A stretch of DNA of 64,000 bases from the NCBI GenBank assembly GCA_041640595.1, contig JBEPZY010000003.1, forward strand, positions 508,342 through 572,341, given 5' to 3'. The DNA is from Gemmatales bacterium. Lineage in GTDB: Bacteria > Planctomycetota > Planctomycetia > Gemmatales > HRBIN36. The position numbers were made by a program, and so were the translations under genes. Below the pieces are notes generated by a model. It did no database searches and had not been told where the DNA came from. It worked only from the letters and a program-made list of their open reading frames with translations. This document shows, piece by piece, positions 30,861 to 41,100 of this stretch. The stretch's first letter is position 1, and every line of letters begins with the position of its first letter.

Positions 30861-31477
30861 CGCTGTGCCTCCACTGGATGCCGAAATTTTTGAGGGCATG
30901 CCACACGCTAAGCAAGTATGCCCGCCGCTATACCACAAAGTGAAATGCTCCTGCCCCGATCCGGACGGAAATTCCAGCAATCAGCCCATCCGAGCCGCAC
31001 ACCTGGAACCGGTGAATTGTCTCCCTTTTCCGCTAAAAGCAGCGCAATTACCAGATTCCACACCGTCGGCGGACTACTCGAAATCCGCTCTGCCACCACG
31101 TAAGCCACCATGCGGTCACCGACCCGCCAAGCCACACTTCCGGCAGACTAACGTAAATCGGCTGTGCCGTGATCCTGCGTCGTAACCAGTCTTGCTGCTC
31201 CCGGAATCTGTCGCCAGCCTGTTTGAAGATGGGCCTGCCATGATGCGCTGTGCCCGCGCGAAATTCTCCCCTGGCCGCAACGCCGATCGCTTGCCCGTTG
31301 GTTATGGCAAACAATCAGGGGCGATAGGGGCGGTGCCACGTATCTCGGTATGATGGTGATCGGTTGCCCGCCGGTAATGGTGAACGATGGCCCTCTGGCG
31401 GTCTTGCACGATGTGCGTAATCTAGACCGCAACGCCGACGGTTCCCGATCCGCGGAAACGCAGACGAGGACAAACGC

Positions 31478-34400
31478 ATGGCGATCCCCATCCATCCAGC
31501 ACGGTCGGGACTGCGCCGCGAATTTGCATTCAACAAGAGCGGCGGGCGTCAGCCCGCCGTGGGTAACGAAATTGACGCTCGTCGGCCCGCGGTGTCCGAG
31601 CGAACCTCCACATCCGACAAAGTCGGCGATCGCAATCCCGACGTCCGAAACAAGAGCGGCGGGCGTCAGCCCGCCGTGGGTAGCGAAATTGTCATGCGTC
31701 AGCCCCGCGCCTCTAACGAAGATGGAATGCGTCAGCCGGGTGTGTCTAACGAAATTGTCGTTTGTCAGCCCGCGGTGTCCGAGCGAACCTCCACATCCGA
31801 CAAAGTCGGCGATCGCAATCCCGACGTCCGAAACAAGAGCGGCGGGCGTCAGCCCGCCGTGGGTAACGAAATTGTCATGCGTCAGCCCGGCGCCTCTAAC
31901 GAAGATGGAATGCGTCAGCCGGGTGTGTCTAACGAAATTGTCATTCGTCAGCCCGCGGTGTTACAGATCGCAACGGCGATTGTGATCGTGATGCTGGCCG
32001 TGATCGTGTCGTGCTGGCAAATGGTCACCGTTGCCCAGCAGAAAAGCGACAGTCCCGCGCGTCCTGCTATTCCCCGCGGTTTTCAGCAGGTGGAACTGAA
32101 CGGTAGGCGGTTTACGCTGCCGGAAGGTTTCACCATCGAACTGGCCGCTGCTCCGCCCCTGGTCATGCGACCGATCACCATCGCCCTGGATGAAGCGGGA
32201 CGCCTGTATGTCGGCGAATCGTCTGGTTCCAACGAGCGGGTAACGGAACAAGTCAAAACCAGGCCGCACCGAATCCTGCGGCTGGAAGACAGCGATGGTG
32301 ATGGCCGATATGACCGCGTCAGCGTTTTTGTCGATCGGGTAATGTTTCCGGAAGGCACCCTCTGGCTAGATGGAGCGTTGTACGTAGCAGCGCCGCCGCA
32401 AATCTGGCGATTCCGCGATCGAGACGGAGACGGTGTGGCCGAGGAACGGGAAGTCTGGTTCGATGGCAAGACGCTGACCGGTTGCGCGAACGATTTGCAC
32501 GGGCCCTATCTGGGACCGGATGGCTGGCTGTACTGGTGCAAAGGAGCCTGGGCTGAGCAAAGCTATGCCCGTCCGGATGGGCGTGTATGGAAAAGTCGGG
32601 CAGCGCATATCTTTCGCACCCCGCCGGATCGTCTCCGCTCCGCTTTTCCGCAAGTGCCGGGCCGATATGTCGAGGCGGTCCTGAGCGGGGGCATGGATAA
32701 CCCCGTGGATGTGGCTTTTTTGTCCAACGGCGAGCGATTCCTGACCACGACGTTTTTGACGCATCCGCAAGCCGGCCTGCGCGACGGTTTGCTGCATGCC
32801 GTTTACGGGGGCGTGTACGGAAAGGATCACGAACCGATCTACTCCCAGCCGTGGACGGCACCGACACTGATGCCGGTGCTGGTACACATGGGGGCATCGG
32901 CTTCGTGCGGCCTGACCTGTTACGAATCGGAGGTGTTTGGGGCGGAATATCGCGGTAACCTCTTCGCCTGCCATTTCAACCTGCGGAAAGTTACCCGGCA
33001 CATTCTGGTCGCTCACGGTGCCGGTTACACCACGCGCGACGAGGATTTCCTGGTCTGCGATCATCTGGATTTTCACCCCACGGATGTGCTCGAAGATGCT
33101 GACGGAAGTTTGCTGGTGGTGGACACGGGAGGCTGGTACAAACTGTGCTGTCCGACTTCGCAATTGCCCAAGCCGGATGTGCCGGGCGCCATTTACCGCA
33201 TCCGCCGCAGGGCCGGTGCTGGTAGTCCGGCAGGCTCAGGTCAGCCGAGCTTCGATGATCCACGCGGGGAGCACATTCCCTGGTCGCAATACACAGTCCG
33301 GCAGCGTGCGGAACTGCTGGGCGATCCGCGACCGGCAGTGCGGCAGCGAGCCAGTCGCAGTCTGGTAGATGCTGGTCCGGATGCAGTTGCGGTGTTGCGC
33401 GACATCGTGCGACAAAGCACCTCTTCCCGACAGCGTCTTTATGCGGTCTGGACGCTCTGTCAAATTCCGGACAAAAGTGCGCGGGAAGCCATCCGGTTGG
33501 CCTTACGCGACCGTGACACCGACGTGCAGCGAGCGGCTTTGCACAGTGTGGCTTTGTGGCGCGATGCGGAGGCGTTGGCGGAGCTGAGTCGCCTGGTTAC
33601 CACCGCCGATGCAGCGGTGCGGCGCGTGGCTGCTGAGGCTCTGGGACGCATCGGTCGCGCGGAAGCTGTCCCGCATTTGCTCCAGGCTCTGGCGGATTCA
33701 GCCAACGACCGCATTTTGCAGCATTCGCTTACCTACGCGCTGATCGAGATCGGCGACGCTCGCGCCACCGCTGCCGGGCTGAAGTTCAGGCATCCCACTG
33801 TGATTCGGCAAACGCTGGTGGCGCTGGACCAAATGCCGCTCGGCCCACGAGGAAGCGAAAGCGCGATAGACCAGGAAATGTTGTTGAACAACGTGCTGGC
33901 TGCCCTGGATGCTGCCGATGTGTCGCTGCGCGAAACCGCCTGGTGGATTGCCAGTCGGCATCCGGAATGGGGCGAGCGTCTCACCCAGCATATTGCCCGC
34001 CAGTTGCAACATGCCACCACTTCCGCCCAGGAAGAAGAGTGGGTGCGGATTCTGACGCGGTTGGCCAGAAGCCAGGCGGTGCAGCGGTTGCTCGCCGAGT
34101 TGTTGTCCAACGCCGAGGTACCGATCGCCAAACGTCGCCTGCTGCTGCGTGTCATGGCCGAAAGTGGTCTCCGCGAAGCGCCATCGGTCTGGGTGCAGGC
34201 GTGGCTGGATTGGTTGCGAAATCCCCAGGGGCAATCCCTCTGGCCGGAGGTCTTGACCGCTCTGCGGCGGGTTCCTCCGGGAAAAGCCGACTTCCCGAAA
34301 GTTACGCCGGCGCTCCTGGCGGTGGGCGAGCGTCGCGATCTGCCCGCGGAAATTCGCTTGCGGGCCCTGGCAGCGATTCCTGGCCGCGTCAGCGTCAGTG

Positions 34401-35209
34401 ACGAGGCAATGACACTGGCTTTGCAACATCTTCCTGCTCACCAGCCAGTGATCCTGCGAGGTTTAGCCGTCGAGTTCCTGCTCCGCGCCCAGCTGAACAG
34501 TTCGCAATTACAGCAACTGGCCAGGATAATTCCGCAGTGCAGCCCGCTGGAAGCGGATCGGCTGCTGGAAGTATTCGCCGCTCATCGTGAGGATGCCGTC
34601 GGGGAGACATTACTGGCCAATCTGGAGCGGGCGGAAATTCGTGCCTCTCTGCGTCCTGCTTCCATTCGCCGTGCCGTCGGCCAGTGCGGCCCTGCGGTGC
34701 AACGCCGTGCGGAAAAACTCATCGCAGAACTCGATGCCGCCACCAGTCAGCAAAAGCAAAAGCTGGAGCAATTGCTGGCGGCACTCAAACCCGGCGACGT
34801 GCGCCGCGGACAACAGGTGTTCCAGAGTGCAAAGGCGGCATGCTCTGCCTGCCACACGATCGGCTATCTCGGCGGCCGAATTGGGCCCGATCTCACTCGC
34901 ATCGGTGCGCTGCGCAGCGAACGCGACCTGCTGGAGTCCATCGTTTTTCCCAGCGCCAGTTTTGTGCAGAGTTATGAGCCGGTTCTGGTGGCTACTCGCG
35001 ATGGACGTGTTTACAACGGTCTGATTCGCGAGGATCGGCCGGAGGACATCCTGCTGGTCACCGGCCCCGATCAGCAAATCCGCATCGCTCGCCACGACAT
35101 CGAGGCCATCCAGCCCAGTAAGGTTTCCATCATGCCCTCCGGCTTCGACCAGCAACTGACCCTGGAGGAACTTTCCGACCTGATCGCCTTTTTGAAATCG
35201 TGCAAGTAA
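31478..35209 (+). CDS. PVC-type heme-binding CxxCH protein (beta-propeller dehydrogenase-like, HEAT repeats, cytochrome c)
   Basis: LPEGFTIELAA..PLV..PI, GPDGWLY, HEAT repeats, CSACH, GPDLTRIG, SIMP.GF; RBS GAGGA before 31478. Alternative starts at 31910 or 31991. Confidence 0.9.
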   Translation: MAIPIHPARSGLRREFAFNKSGGRQPAVGNEIDARRPAVSERTSTSDKVGDRNPDVRNKSGGRQPAVGSEIVMRQPRASNEDGMRQPGVSNEIVVCQPAVSERTSTSDKVGDRNPDVRNKSGGRQPAVGNEIVMRQPGASNEDGMRQPGVSNEIVIRQPAVLQIATAIVIVMLAVIVSCWQMVTVAQQKSDSPARPAIPRGFQQVELNGRRFTLPEGFTIELAAAPPLVMRPITIALDEAGRLYVGESSGSNERVTEQVKTRPHRILRLEDSDGDGRYDRVSVFVDRVMFPEGTLWLDGALYVAAPPQIWRFRDRDGDGVAEEREVWFDGKTLTGCANDLHGPYLGPDGWLYWCKGAWAEQSYARPDGRVWKSRAAHIFRTPPDRLRSAFPQVPGRYVEAVLSGGMDNPVDVAFLSNGERFLTTTFLTHPQAGLRDGLLHAVYGGVYGKDHEPIYSQPWTAPTLMPVLVHMGASASCGLTCYESEVFGAEYRGNLFACHFNLRKVTRHILVAHGAGYTTRDEDFLVCDHLDFHPTDVLEDADGSLLVVDTGGWYKLCCPTSQLPKPDVPGAIYRIRRRAGAGSPAGSGQPSFDDPRGEHIPWSQYTVRQRAELLGDPRPAVRQRASRSLVDAGPDAVAVLRDIVRQSTSSRQRLYAVWTLCQIPDKSAREAIRLALRDRDTDVQRAALHSVALWRDAEALAELSRLVTTADAAVRRVAAEALGRIGRAEAVPHLLQALADSANDRILQHSLTYALIEIGDARATAAGLKFRHPTVIRQTLVALDQMPLGPRGSESAIDQEMLLNNVLAALDAADVSLRETAWWIASRHPEWGERLTQHIARQLQHATTSAQEEEWVRILTRLARSQAVQRLLAELLSNAEVPIAKRRLLLRVMAESGLREAPSVWVQAWLDWLRNPQGQSLWPEVLTALRRVPPGKADFPKVTPALLAVGERRDLPAEIRLRALAAIPGRVSVSDEAMTLALQHLPAHQPVILRGLAVEFLLRAQLNSSQLQQLARIIPQCSPLEADRLLEVFAAHREDAVGETLLANLERAEIRASLRPASIRRAVGQCGPAVQRRAEKLIAELDAATSQQKQKLEQLLAALKPGDVRRGQQVFQSAKAACSACHTIGYLGGRIGPDLTRIGALRSERDLLESIVFPSASFVQSYEPVLVATRDGRVYNGLIREDRPEDILLVTGPDQQIRIARHDIEAIQPSKVSIMPSGFDQQLTLEELSDLIAFLKSCK
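31533..31960. repeat. REP-like array with 183-bp tandem duplication inside the 5' part of the ORF
   Basis: Full REP copies at 31537, 31654 and 31837 plus half-copies (GTCAGCCCG); units repeat every 183 bp. Confidence 0.88.
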
Positions 35210-35248
35210 GTGCGACTGGATGGTCGCTCGCATATATGGAGAACCGCG

Positions 35249-36610
35249 ATGCGCAGAATCGCCGCTATTTTCCTGGCGCTGGCAACGCTTGTGGCTTGGG
35301 GTGCAACCCTGGTGGCGGACGAAGCTCGGCCGAACGTGATTATTTTTCTGGCCGACGATCTGGGCTACGGGGATCTCGGTTGTTACGGCCATACGGTAAT
35401 CAAGACGCCGCACCTGGATCGTTTCGCACGGGAGGGTATGCGTTTCACGCAATGTTACGCTGCCTGTCCGGTCTGTTCGCCATCGCGTGCCGCTATCCTG
35501 ACCGGACGCACGCCGTATCGCAACGGCGTATTTACCTGGATTCCCGCCAAGTCGTTCCTGCATCTGCGCAGTAGCGAGATCACCTTGCCCAAATTACTCC
35601 GCGAGGCTGGTTATTGCACCTGTCATGTCGGTAAATGGCACCTCAACGGCGATCTGCTTGATCCAAAACAGCCGCAACCTTCCGACCATGGTTACGACTG
35701 GTGGTTCGCCACGCAGAACAATGCTGACCCTTCGCACCAGAATCCGGTCAATTTCGTGCGCAACGGTCAGCCTGTCGGAAAGCTGGAGGGCTATTCGGCG
35801 CTGCTGGTGGTGCAGGAAGCCATCCAGTGGTTGCGGAAGCATCGCGATCCCCGCAAGCCCTTTTTCCTCACCGTCTGGACGCACGAACCGCACCTGCCCA
35901 TCGAATCTGCCCCGGAATTCCTGGCACTGTATCCCGATTTGCTCCGCAGCGATCCCGACCGCGCCCAGCACCACGCCAACGTTTCGCAACTCGATCACGC
36001 ATTCGGGAACCTGATGCTGACCCTGGACGAACTCGGTCTGCGGAACAACACCCTGGTCGTTTTCACCAGCGACAACGGCCCGGAAGGCGCTGGCACGAAA
36101 GGACGAACCCGCGGTTCCACAGGCGGTTTGCGCGGACGAAAACGTTCCCTTTACGAAGGCGGTATCCGTGTACCCGGCATCATCCGCTGGCCCAACCGTA
36201 TTGCTCCCGGCACGATCTGCGATACGCCCATCATCGGCTCTGATCTCTTCCCGACGGTACTGGCTGCCGCGGGGGTAGCAGCGCCAAAAGACCGCACACT
36301 CGACGGCGTGAATCTGCTTCCCTTGCTGGCCGGTAAACCGCTCACCCGCCCCATCCCCATGTACTGGCGCTATCATGCCGCTCCGGGACCGTTCAAAGTC
36401 GCCATGCGGGATGGCGACTGGAAAATCCTCGCCGATTTGAGCTTTACTCAGTTCGAACTGTATCACCTGGGCAACGACCCGAAAGAAACCCAGAACCTGG
36501 CCGATAAGCATCCGGACAAACTTGACGAATTACGCGACCGGTTGCGGAAACTGCACGACGAAATCGAGAAAGAAGGCCCGGACTGGTGGAAAAATTATAA
36601 GGGAAGCTGA
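35249..36610 (+). CDS. Sulfatase (formylglycine-dependent, Cys type)
   Basis: RPNVIIFLADDLGYGD, CSPSRAAILTG, GKWHL, FTSDNG, YEGGIRVP; signal peptide. Confidence 0.95.
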   Translation: MRRIAAIFLALATLVAWGATLVADEARPNVIIFLADDLGYGDLGCYGHTVIKTPHLDRFAREGMRFTQCYAACPVCSPSRAAILTGRTPYRNGVFTWIPAKSFLHLRSSEITLPKLLREAGYCTCHVGKWHLNGDLLDPKQPQPSDHGYDWWFATQNNADPSHQNPVNFVRNGQPVGKLEGYSALLVVQEAIQWLRKHRDPRKPFFLTVWTHEPHLPIESAPEFLALYPDLLRSDPDRAQHHANVSQLDHAFGNLMLTLDELGLRNNTLVVFTSDNGPEGAGTKGRTRGSTGGLRGRKRSLYEGGIRVPGIIRWPNRIAPGTICDTPIIGSDLFPTVLAAAGVAAPKDRTLDGVNLLPLLAGKPLTRPIPMYWRYHAAPGPFKVAMRDGDWKILADLSFTQFELYHLGNDPKETQNLADKHPDKLDELRDRLRKLHDEIEKEGPDWWKNYKGS

Positions 36611-36759
36611 TTCGCTCCGGATTGACCCGTGGGGAATGGCCCTGCGCAAGTGCGCTTGCAGCCGGTTGTGCAACACGGCTATATTTCACTCTTGCCGACC
36701 ACCGTGGCGAAAGACCTTGCCCAGGTGCGCTTCCTCCCGAATCTGGTCAGGAGCACGTC

Positions 36760-37401
36760 ATGCTCCATTTCCTGGTGGACTGGGCTGGGCGCTGGGACTG
36801 GCGCAGCGAAGGAGTATCGCCTGACCGACTGGTGGAAGCTGTGCAACGCGGTCAGCGGATCGGTATTTATCAGGATGCTGGCCGCACCGATTGGTGGCCG
36901 GCCCAGCTACCGTTACCCGCGGGAATTGAGCGAATCCCCTGTTGGCCACCGGATTCGTCCTACGACCTGGTAGTGGTCATTAGCGATCGGCTGATCGAGA
37001 TCGGCGAGCATGTGGCCAGGACGGTGATTTATCGCCCGCGGACACTCACACTCGGCGTCAGTGGTTTGCCGGTAGAGGAACCGGAGGAGTTTCACCGCAC
37101 CGTGGTCGAGTTTTTCCAGCAACAGCGTCTGAGCCTGGCCAGTTTGACCGCACTGGCTACCCCACGAGGCGACTCTGGTACGCCGATCTTTTACGACTGG
37201 GCTGAAACCCAATGCCTGCCGCTGCTGGAATACGCTCCGGAGCGGCTGGCGTTACTCCGCCCCTGTCAGGGAAGCAGGGAGAACCGATGGTGGGAAACGG
37301 AAGCGGCAGCCATGCTCGCCGCCAGCACCCGTCATCTCCTGGTGCCAGCTACGGTATGCCAGGGCTGGACTTTAGCCATTGCCCGGCGTCAGACCGGCTG
37401 A
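36760..37401 (+). CDS. CbiG/CobE-like C-terminal-domain protein
   Basis: VVISDR...YRPRTLTLGV, ETEAAAMLAA..LL.P....TLAIAR resemble CbiG middle and C-terminal domains; RBS AGGAG. Confidence 0.6.
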   Translation: MLHFLVDWAGRWDWRSEGVSPDRLVEAVQRGQRIGIYQDAGRTDWWPAQLPLPAGIERIPCWPPDSSYDLVVVISDRLIEIGEHVARTVIYRPRTLTLGVSGLPVEEPEEFHRTVVEFFQQQRLSLASLTALATPRGDSGTPIFYDWAETQCLPLLEYAPERLALLRPCQGSRENRWWETEAAAMLAASTRHLLVPATVCQGWTLAIARRQTG

Positions 37402-37543
37402 AACGCCGGCACTGTCGCACTCTCAGGAGAGGTCTTGCTTGCTCAAACGCCGCAGGAGGTAGGTACCGGTCGCCGGACTGAAGACCGCTGCACGCTCGGG
37501 ACAGATTTTGCTGGCTGAAACGGGCGATCAACGACACGGCTCA

Positions 37544-37571
37544 TTGACTTGCCAGCGACCCGTGATAGCAT
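37544..37571 (+). promoter_or_regulatory. Sigma70-type promoter
   Basis: TTGACT-N16-TAGCAT about 100 bp upstream of the STAS gene. Confidence 0.5.
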
Positions 37572-37670
37572 GAGAATAGGAAGACGGTGTATAAGGTGGA
37601 ATTCGACCGGGACTCGCTATCGGGTTCCACTTCCCAGGCCGGAGTGCTAAGTCATACCAGGGGAGACGCT

Positions 37671-38042
37671 ATGCCCTCCGCACAAACGCCACGGCGCCGA
37701 CGGCTGGAAGTCGAAGATATCGGCGACGTTACCTTCATCCGCTTCACCGACAGCAAGATTCTGGATGAGGCTAATGTGCAGCTGATCGGCGACCAGTTGT
37801 TCAGTCTGGTGGACGATCACGGCAGGAAAAAATTATTATTGGACTTCAGCAAGGTCGAATACATGACCAGTGCATTTCTCGGCAAACTGGTCACGCTGAA
37901 CAAAAAGGTGCAGCAGGTCGGCGGCCGATTGGCTCTCTGCAATCTGGCCCACAAGGAAATTTTCGATATTTTTGTCATCACCGGTCTCAAGCGACTTTTC
38001 AACATCTATAAAGACGAGCAGGAAGCCCTGCAATCCTTTTGA
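37671..38042 (+). CDS. STAS-domain anti-sigma factor antagonist (RsbV/SpoIIAA-like)
   Basis: LLLDFSKVEYMTSAFLGKLV..GGRLALCNL; RBS GGGGAG. Confidence 0.9.
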   Translation: MPSAQTPRRRRLEVEDIGDVTFIRFTDSKILDEANVQLIGDQLFSLVDDHGRKKLLLDFSKVEYMTSAFLGKLVTLNKKVQQVGGRLALCNLAHKEIFDIFVITGLKRLFNIYKDEQEALQSF

Positions 38043-38165
38043 CGCCGACGCAATTTACGTGCTAAAGTTGAGGGACTCTTACGGGGAGGCAGGGAAAGCA
38101 GTGGGCCTGTAAGTCAAGGAGCTCTTCGACTCGCACATTTCGGGCAGAGGCAGTGAGAGCGGAGC

Positions 38166-38651
38166 ATGAGCCAATTCAGCCAGCAGGCGGGGTTCTTTCC
38201 GATACAAAACGAGTGGCAGCTTCCCAGTCGCCTCGACCGTATTCCAGACCTGCAGGAAGAAATCGTTTCGCTATTGCAGCGTGCCGGTTTCGGCGAGCAG
38301 GACATTTTCGCTGTGCGTCTGGCTCTGGAAGAAGCCGTGGCCAACGCTATGAAACACGGTAACCGCCTCTGCGACGACAAGACTGTGCGGGTCTGGCTCT
38401 GTTTGCAACCGGAGGCGGTAACCTTGCGGGTCAGCGACGAAGGCGAGGGTTTCGACCCGGACAGTGTTCCCGACCCGCGGGCTGAGGAAAACCTCGAACG
38501 CCCCTGCGGTCGCGGTTTGTTGCTCATGCGTTATTTCATGCACCAGGTCGAATTTCTCGACCGGGGTTCCACCGTGGTCATGGTCCGTCGCCGCGAATCC
38601 GACCCTCCAGGCGAATCCTGTTGTGCTGCCCAGGCCGAACACTCGGCTTAA
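38166..38651 (+). CDS. RsbW-like anti-sigma factor / HATPase kinase
   Basis: LALEEAVANAMKHGN, SDEGEGFDP, GRGLLLMRYFM. Confidence 0.9.
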   Translation: MSQFSQQAGFFPIQNEWQLPSRLDRIPDLQEEIVSLLQRAGFGEQDIFAVRLALEEAVANAMKHGNRLCDDKTVRVWLCLQPEAVTLRVSDEGEGFDPDSVPDPRAEENLERPCGRGLLLMRYFMHQVEFLDRGSTVVMVRRRESDPPGESCCAAQAEHSA

Positions 38652-38721
38652 CCAGCACGGCACCATTCTCCGGGCACATGCTGGTGTTGATGCACGATTT
38701 TGGGTCGAGCCAGCAGTTGCA

Positions 38722-40062
38722 TCATTTCAGGTGTTTGTCGGCGAAACGGAGAAAAATCTCCCAATCTTCGCGGGTCATGGAGTGTTTGCCGGAACGAATC
38801 CAGTAACCCAGCCGGTTACCTGTCAGCCGACCCGGAGGCGGCATCTGCTGTGTTGCGGTTGGCGATTGTCCATCGCCACCTGGCTGGCCTAAACCCTCCA
38901 CGCCGAACAACCGGTAAACCGGCTCTGCTGCCACCAGCATGGCGAATTGTCCGGCGGGATTGGCCCAGGTATCCTCGACGGCGTTGGTCAACAGCACCGG
39001 CCGTGGTGCGCACAGCGCGATCAGGCAATGCTGGTCGAAGGGGAGCTTTTCCGGCTGGTCGTTGAACTGTTTGAAAGTGGCGTTGAACCAGTGCGGGAAC
39101 CGCTCATTGATTGCCCGCACCGATTCCCCGACTTTGCCGCGACTCGGTGCTGTTCCCCCGCAACCGGCCTGATGGGGAATCACCAGGGCGATACGGTCAT
39201 CGAAAGCCCCGGCCAGCAGGGCGGTTTTACCGAGTCGGGAATGCCCCACCACTGCCAGACGCTTGCGATCCAGTTCGGGCACACTCTGCAAATAATCCAC
39301 CACCCGATGAATGCCCCAGGCCCAGGCAGCAATGGTTCCGGGATCGTGCGGCCCAGGTGCTCGGCCCTGCCGCCAGTGTGCCAGCACTCCCTCGGTGGCC
39401 TTGGGGTCGTCGGGCTGAACCTCGCCGCAATAAAACGTGGCCACGGCATAACCGCGCGACACGGCCAGGTCGAGATTCCACACCGCGCTATCACTCCCCC
39501 GTCCCGCCTCTGTGGCCCGATGGTTTACCACACCCTTGCGATTGGGATACATCCAGACCGTCGGCACCCGCACTCGCCGATCGTCCACCACGGCATGGTT
39601 GCCGCAGAAATTCATGCCGACGAATGCCGGCACCGGCCCTTCCCGCTTGTTCGGTATGGCCAACAGTACGTGCACCGTGCACAGCGGCGGATTACCAATG
39701 GTCAATGCCACCTCGCGCAAAGTCGCCTGCCCTCCCAACCAGTTCGGTTCGCAGAACAGTTCCTTCCCCTGCACCGGTACCGCCGGCGGCAAATAGCCGT
39801 ACATATAGTGCTGGAACAGCTCTTTCAATTCCGGGACGCGCTTCTGCAACCAGTCCTGGCGATGGGTGATTTTCGTCCCGTCCAGCATCACTAACGGGTC
39901 GGGCAACTCCGGCCGGGCGGGCAATTGCTCCACACTCGGAAACTGCCGGGGCGTCTCCGCTGTCGCCCAGCCTTCCCACCAGACATATTCGGGGCAACTT
40001 CCGCTGATCGTCCCCAGAAGCAGCACAACCAGCCCGCCTGCCAGGTTCAGTTTTCGGCCCAT
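38722..40062 (-). CDS. Carbohydrate esterase family 15 (glucuronoyl esterase-like)
   Basis: LPDPL, AAWAWGIHRVVDYL, GHSRLGK, LPFDQH.LIAL.APRP; signal peptide. Confidence 0.88.
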   Translation of the reverse strand: MGRKLNLAGGLVVLLLGTISGSCPEYVWWEGWATAETPRQFPSVEQLPARPELPDPLVMLDGTKITHRQDWLQKRVPELKELFQHYMYGYLPPAVPVQGKELFCEPNWLGGQATLREVALTIGNPPLCTVHVLLAIPNKREGPVPAFVGMNFCGNHAVVDDRRVRVPTVWMYPNRKGVVNHRATEAGRGSDSAVWNLDLAVSRGYAVATFYCGEVQPDDPKATEGVLAHWRQGRAPGPHDPGTIAAWAWGIHRVVDYLQSVPELDRKRLAVVGHSRLGKTALLAGAFDDRIALVIPHQAGCGGTAPSRGKVGESVRAINERFPHWFNATFKQFNDQPEKLPFDQHCLIALCAPRPVLLTNAVEDTWANPAGQFAMLVAAEPVYRLFGVEGLGQPGGDGQSPTATQQMPPPGRLTGNRLGYWIRSGKHSMTREDWEIFLRFADKHLK

Positions 40063-40179
40063 AGCTCACGCCTCCGAGCACTTGCTCCGATGATCACGAG
40101 TCGGTTATCTCGGTGCCCGCACCAGGGCTGCTTGGCCAGCCGCATCGCATTTCCACATGGGCCGCGTTACGAACGGATC

Positions 40180-40700
40180 GGCCCGCTTCGACACCTGGTG
40201 ACCTGCCTGCATCAGGTAGCCAGCTCCAGCACTTCTCTCATGAAGTGCCCGTTTCGGCACCTGGTGACCTGGTCGCTTTTTCACGATCACGGATCGAGTC
40301 ACGTAGTTCCCCAGCCCTACCTCAAGCGTGCCACACCTGTGTTGCTGCCTCGTCGCCATCCAGCGTATTGCTGTGTTGTCGCCGTCCAGGACCGGCGGTC
40401 GAGGTTGCTCCGTTCCCCAGCCATACCTTGGTCGTCCGCGACAAGCAGTCCAGCGCCGAGAGCAAGCAGGAGTCCAGCTAGATCGTTGGCCAGCCATACC
40501 TCGATCGGCCGCGTTTGTGCCCTCTGCCAGAATCGAAGCCGCGACCATCTCCCATTCGTTTAGCGAAACGCATCTCCAACGCACAGGTGGCGGAACCGTG
40601 CGCGGCTATTATCCCGGACGAACTCTCCCATTCTTTCAGGGAAACGCATCTCCAACGCACAGGGCTTCGCCAGCCGTGATCCGACATCATTGCGGAGAAA
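40180..40700. repeat. Drifting tandem repeats with 66-76 bp period
   Basis: GCCCG.TTCG.CACCTGGTGACCTG at 40181 and 40247; GTT..CCAGCC.TACCT at 40306, 40412 and 40485; a 40-bp block at 40548 and 40624. Confidence 0.7.
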
Positions 40701-40873
40701 TCCTTGCGGACATCGCGGATCACTCAGGCGATGGGAACGCGCCTTCCCGACCGTTCGCCCCACGATACCCGCAGGCACGTTACGGCCCGACGATTCCGGG
40801 TGCACATCCTCGGCCAGCGACTGCCGGACGCACATCGTCGGTCGGTAATGCACGCATGCAGGTCGGCACGCGG

Positions 40874-40922
40874 AAATTTTTTTATTTTTTTTCTTGACGG
40901 CGGCTGGCGGGTCTGGTAAGAT
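40874..40922 (+). promoter_or_regulatory. Strong sigma70-type promoter with UP element
   Basis: A/T tract at 40874-40892, TTGACG (40894), 17-bp spacer, TAAGAT (40917). Confidence 0.75.
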
Positions 40923-41100
40923 TGAAGCTGGCAGCGTACCACGGCTGTCATTCAACTGGCCGGGCGGGTGAGAATCGCTGGCCCGTGCAGCCATTCGCGC
41001 TCTCCTTTCCGGTTGTCCTGGCATCTGCAGCACGTTGCCACATGGCCAGTACTTTGCGGTGGTTTGTCCGTGTCAGCACACCAACAGAAAGGAGCACCCC

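Noticed and set aside
40548..40663. Mini CRISPR array (40-bp repeat, 36-bp spacer); similar repeat-spacer appearance at 30.1, 53.1, 60.5 and 61.5 kb
   Set aside because: Only two or three repeats per site, a different repeat at each site, intervening DNA resembles adjacent units, and no cas genes are in the window.
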